Shown here one piece after another: positions 48,091-52,179 of a stretch of DNA of 52,179 bases. Origin of the DNA: Octopus bimaculoides. Taxonomy: Eukaryota. Made by a program: the position numbers and the translations under genes. Positions within the stretch are counted from its first letter, which is position 1, and every line of letters begins with the position of its first letter. The stretch covers positions 26,305,296-26,357,474 of the forward strand of contig NC_068990.1 of assembly GCF_001194135.2 (NCBI RefSeq). Reading direction: 5' to 3'. The notes under the pieces are model-generated. The model was not told the origin of the DNA and made no database searches. It saw nothing but the letters and a program-made list of their open reading frames with translations.

Positions 48091-48817
48091 AAGAGAGAGA
48101 GAGAGAGAGTGTGTGTGTGTGTGTGTGTGTGTAAGATTATACAAGTATTTGTTTCTGTATACATATTTATTTTTTTTCACCTTTTTTATTATTAATTTTA
48201 GTTATNNNNNNNNNNNNNNNNNNNNNNNNNNNNNNNNNNNNNNNNNNNNNNNNNNNNNNNNNNNNNNNNNNNNNNNNNNNNNNNNNNNNNNNNNNNNNNN
48301 NNNNNNNNNNNNNNNNNNNNNNNNNNNNNNNNNNNNNNNNNNNNNNNNNNNNNNNNNNNNNNNNNNNNNNNNNNNNNNNNNNNNNNNNNNNNNNNNNNNN
48401 NNNNNNNNNNNNNNNNNNNNNNNNNNNNNNNNNNNNNNNNNNNNNNNNNNNNNNNNNNNNNNNNNNNNNNNNNNNNNNNNNNNNNNNNNNNNNNNNNNNN
48501 NNNNNNNNNNNNNNNNNNNNNNNNNNNNNNNNNNNNNNNNNNNNNNNNNNNNNNNNNCATACAGAGTGAGAGAGAGAGAAAGATACACGCATGTACTTAC
48601 ATGTTTATATACATTCACACATGTATATATTTCGCCCATACACAAAACGTGTGAACATGTATATCTACTTAACTGTCCATCTATATAAACATGTTTATGT
48701 GTTTGCATATATATATATGTATGTGTATGTGCGCGTGTGTACACATATGTTCATAAACATATTTTCAATCTCACATTTTAAGGTGTGTACTTATATCGAT
48801 CTATACATATAGAGTAG

Positions 48818-48865
<48 letters not shown>

Positions 48866-49213
48866 TTTATAAATACACACATACATGTTTGCGTATACCC
48901 ACATGTTCATATATAAACATACTCACGTCTATGTATACACAAACATTCATATACCACTAAAATGTATATAAATATGCATAGCAGCACACATAACATATAC
49001 GATCACACACATACACAAATATATATACATATGTACACATACACTCACAAATAAACATCAATGTAATAGACGCCAGCTCATATTTATATTTGCAATTAAG
49101 ATTAACCGTGGTGTGTGTGTGTGTGTGTGTGTGTGCATGAGCGCGTGAGTATATGTTTGTGAACGCATGCACATGGAACATGTACCAGAAATTTTCCTCC
49201 CACCTCTTTCTCG

Positions 49214-49251
<38 letters not shown>

Positions 49252-49643
49252 ACACACACATACATAAACACATACACACACTCACTAGAAATAGTAGCCA
49301 AATCTCCCTCGGATCATATTGTACCGCATTATATAAAGAAGCCTAGAAAAAAGACTGGATCGTCACGGCTGGAATATGTTGATCATAGTGGTATGTGTGC
49401 GTGTGCATGAGCAGGAGAGGGAGAACCAGGGAGGGAGAGAGAGAGAGAGGAGAGAAAAGAAGAGGGTTTATGTGGGTTTGCGATGGTACCCAGGTGTATA
49501 CACCCGTCAATGAATTCACAATATTACGAGGCTTTATATATATACATGTGTATGAAGCACGTGTGCATACGTATACATTTATATTGTACGTGTGTTCGTT
49601 TGTCTAACGAAACATATGTAGATATACAGGTGGGCGTCATATA

Positions 49644-49674
<31 letters not shown>

Positions 49675-49796
49675 GTGTGTGTGTGTGTGTGTATTTATAT
49701 ATGTGTGCGTATATATACATATGTATATATATGTATATGTATAGATATCTATATATGTATGTATATATGTATACATATGTATATACATATATAAAT

Positions 49797-49837
<41 letters not shown>

Positions 49838-50609
49838 CATACATATGTAAATATATGTATATATATATATGTATATATATATACGCACACACACTCACTC
49901 ACTACATATCTATATATACACACACAAACACACAGGTTAATAACAGATAAAGATAAAATATTGTATTTGTAAGACAGGTACAAAAAAATTATCGCTGAAA
50001 AAAAATAAGCTTCACTATGTGAAGTTGTGACCTTCATTACGTTCACATACACACAAAATAGCTGAATGTGTTCCGACTGGAGACTTGAAACCGTGACGCC
50101 AACTTCAGTCTCTTGAAGGCTTACCACAACGCTGTTAGACGCACGCGCACGCAGCGACTCAAAGAAAGGCGGGAGTGGGGAAGGTGTGTGTGTGTGTTCT
50201 GCGACGTGACTTTTCAGTTTGCTAGAAATAGTAGTCGGATCTCTCTAGAATCGTACTCGACTTTAATTTCAATAAAGGATAACAGAAAAAGACAAGATGG
50301 TCACGGTTGGAAGCTGTTGATCGTGGGTAACCTGTGACTCGACAATACAGTACACTGTGTCTGCATTGATACCCACATGTATAAACGTATATATATACAC
50401 AACAAATACATGCATACAAATATACACATACACACATAAATACATACGTACATACATACATATATACAAGAAAAGTGAGAGGGGATAAGGGGGTGGTGGT
50501 GATTTAATGATTGCCCGGTCAGGCCAACAGAGAGATAAGGGAGTTCGAATTTCATTGGGGCGTTGTATGTTATAATTTCGCTTTCGTACCGTTGTTTACA
50601 TGTTACAAA

Positions 50610-50663
<54 letters not shown>

Positions 50664-50924
50664 ATGTATACACACACAGCACGTATATTTATTATACAGT
50701 TGTACGTTATCTATTTATACACCCACTTCAGAGATATACATACACAGTTAAACATATTTATCTGTATACACGCAAATAACTATTATTTCATCTATATACA
50801 TATGCATATATGCGTACAGTTTACATGTATATGTGTAGATAGATAGAAAAACAGGTGGATGCATAGCTATATAGAACTAGATGCATCTATCTACACTCAT
50901 ACACATACAGTTACACACACACAC

Positions 50925-50971
<47 letters not shown>

Positions 50972-51269
50972 TACACAAGGGTGTCCCTCCCCACCAGTTT
51001 TGTTTCCTCATAACTCATATAAATATATATACACATAGAAAGTCGAGCAGTGTGTGTGTGTGTGGGGGGGCAACTGTGTAAATCTATTCATCTCGAAAGA
51101 ACACGATCTCACCCGTCGTTTGGCGACAGATGAGGGGTACCGCAATTTCTAGTTGCACAACCTGCACAAGCGATATGTGTTTGTAATGATCAACTGTTTG
51201 AGTTGTAGAATAAGCTCATTCCCCTCCATTAAATCGACATTACCTGCACAGGTGTACACAGGTGTACAA

Positions 51270-51425
51270 GTGCGATCACTTCGTCAGATGTCGAAATGAT
51301 TGCAGAGCAACGCGAAATGAAGTGTTTTTTTCTTTTTTCTTCAAGACCACAACGCACCGCCCGGTCTGGGTATCGAAAACACGATCTCGGGATCGTGACT
51401 GCAATACCCTAACCACAAAGCCATG
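51270..51425 (-). mobile_element. SINE family C 5' part
   Basis: Reverse complement of head: GGCTTTGTGGTTAGGGTATTGCAGTCACGATC...GTTTTCGATACC. Confidence 0.7.
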
Positions 51426-51799
51426 AACCAATCTCTTTATACAGGTACATATACACACAGTTATATATACACATGTCCGCATATGACGAATGAAGAAAAA
51501 CAGAAAGGACTATAAGAGAGGGAGACAGTTTTAACAAAAGGGCCACTAACATAACGCTTACCCGTTATAAACACACATACAAAAAAATAAACACAATGTT
51601 TAACGAATTAATTGAAATGTTGTGCAGAAAGGGGTATGTGACGCCGGTAAGGGAGGGCTTGAGACAGGCACGTGTCGGGTAGCGTACAGGACAAGTACAG
51701 GGACCTACTCCATCACTTATTCTACACCCTACCAAACAAAACGACAATTATGTATAGCTACCCACCCGGTTAACAACAGAGCTTATCTCTGTTCGTTAA

Positions 51800-52155
51800 C
51801 GGGGTGGTACCTAGGAATAAACTGCTCGGTGGACGACGTTATTGGGGGCTGAGGGTTTATTTATGCTAGCGAGTTCGAATAAACGGGGTACAATTTGATG
51901 TAAGGTACCAGTGATTACTTAGGACAAACAACTGAGTGGACGACACTATTAGCGGTACCTGGGACAAACTGCTGGGTGGATGACGTTATTAAGGGTCGGC
52001 AGTTTATGCCTGTACGTTTAAAGAAACGGGGTACTCTTTATAAAGTACCAATGGCTAGTTATGACAAACAGCTGGGTGGAATATTTTAAAATCTCAAAGG
52101 GTCATGCCATTCAGTTCGGGAAAAATGGGTACCCTTTAAAGTAAGGTACCAGTGT
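51800..52155. repeat. Diverged tandem repeat (about 145 bp units with sub-repeats)
   Basis: GGTACC...AAACTGCT.GGTGGA.GACGTTATT...AAACGGGGTAC blocks starting at 51806 and 51954. Confidence 0.7.
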
Positions 52156-52179
52156 AGTTGATATATATATATATATATA

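Overview
Eukaryotic, AT-rich, very microsatellite-rich draft-assembly sequence with 16 N-gaps (roughly 5 kb of N). The SINE and LINE repertoire looks like an Octopus (coleoid cephalopod) genome; this is my recognition of the repeat families, not a database result. I found no protein-coding gene, intact tRNA/rRNA gene or CRISPR array that I can support with confidence, and nearly all long ORFs in the track are translations of microsatellites or N-runs. The window reads as intronic or intergenic DNA built from nested mobile elements. These include three tRNA-headed SINE families (called A, B and C here), many 3' ends of an RTE-clade LINE, three R4/Dong RLE-domain remnants and a CR1/L2 remnant. 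DNA-transposon pieces include mariner, pogo/Tigger-like, piggyBac and hAT fragments or MITEs, a 2.3 kb Helitron with a Rep remnant and both termini, and a Helentron/DINE-like element. The most notable structures are: (i) a TSD-bounded Penelope-like element combining a tRNA-like segment with a decayed hammerhead-ribozyme motif (41.8-42.9 kb); (ii) a near-perfect 107 bp fold-back explainable by a template switch (26.6-26.9 kb); (iii) a Helitron flanked by an exact 10 bp direct repeat; (iv) a 23/24 bp higher-order minisatellite inside an RTE 3' UTR. A speculative chain of short minus-strand exons is reported only as a hypothesis. Boundaries of degenerate repeats are approximate (about +/-10-20 bp).
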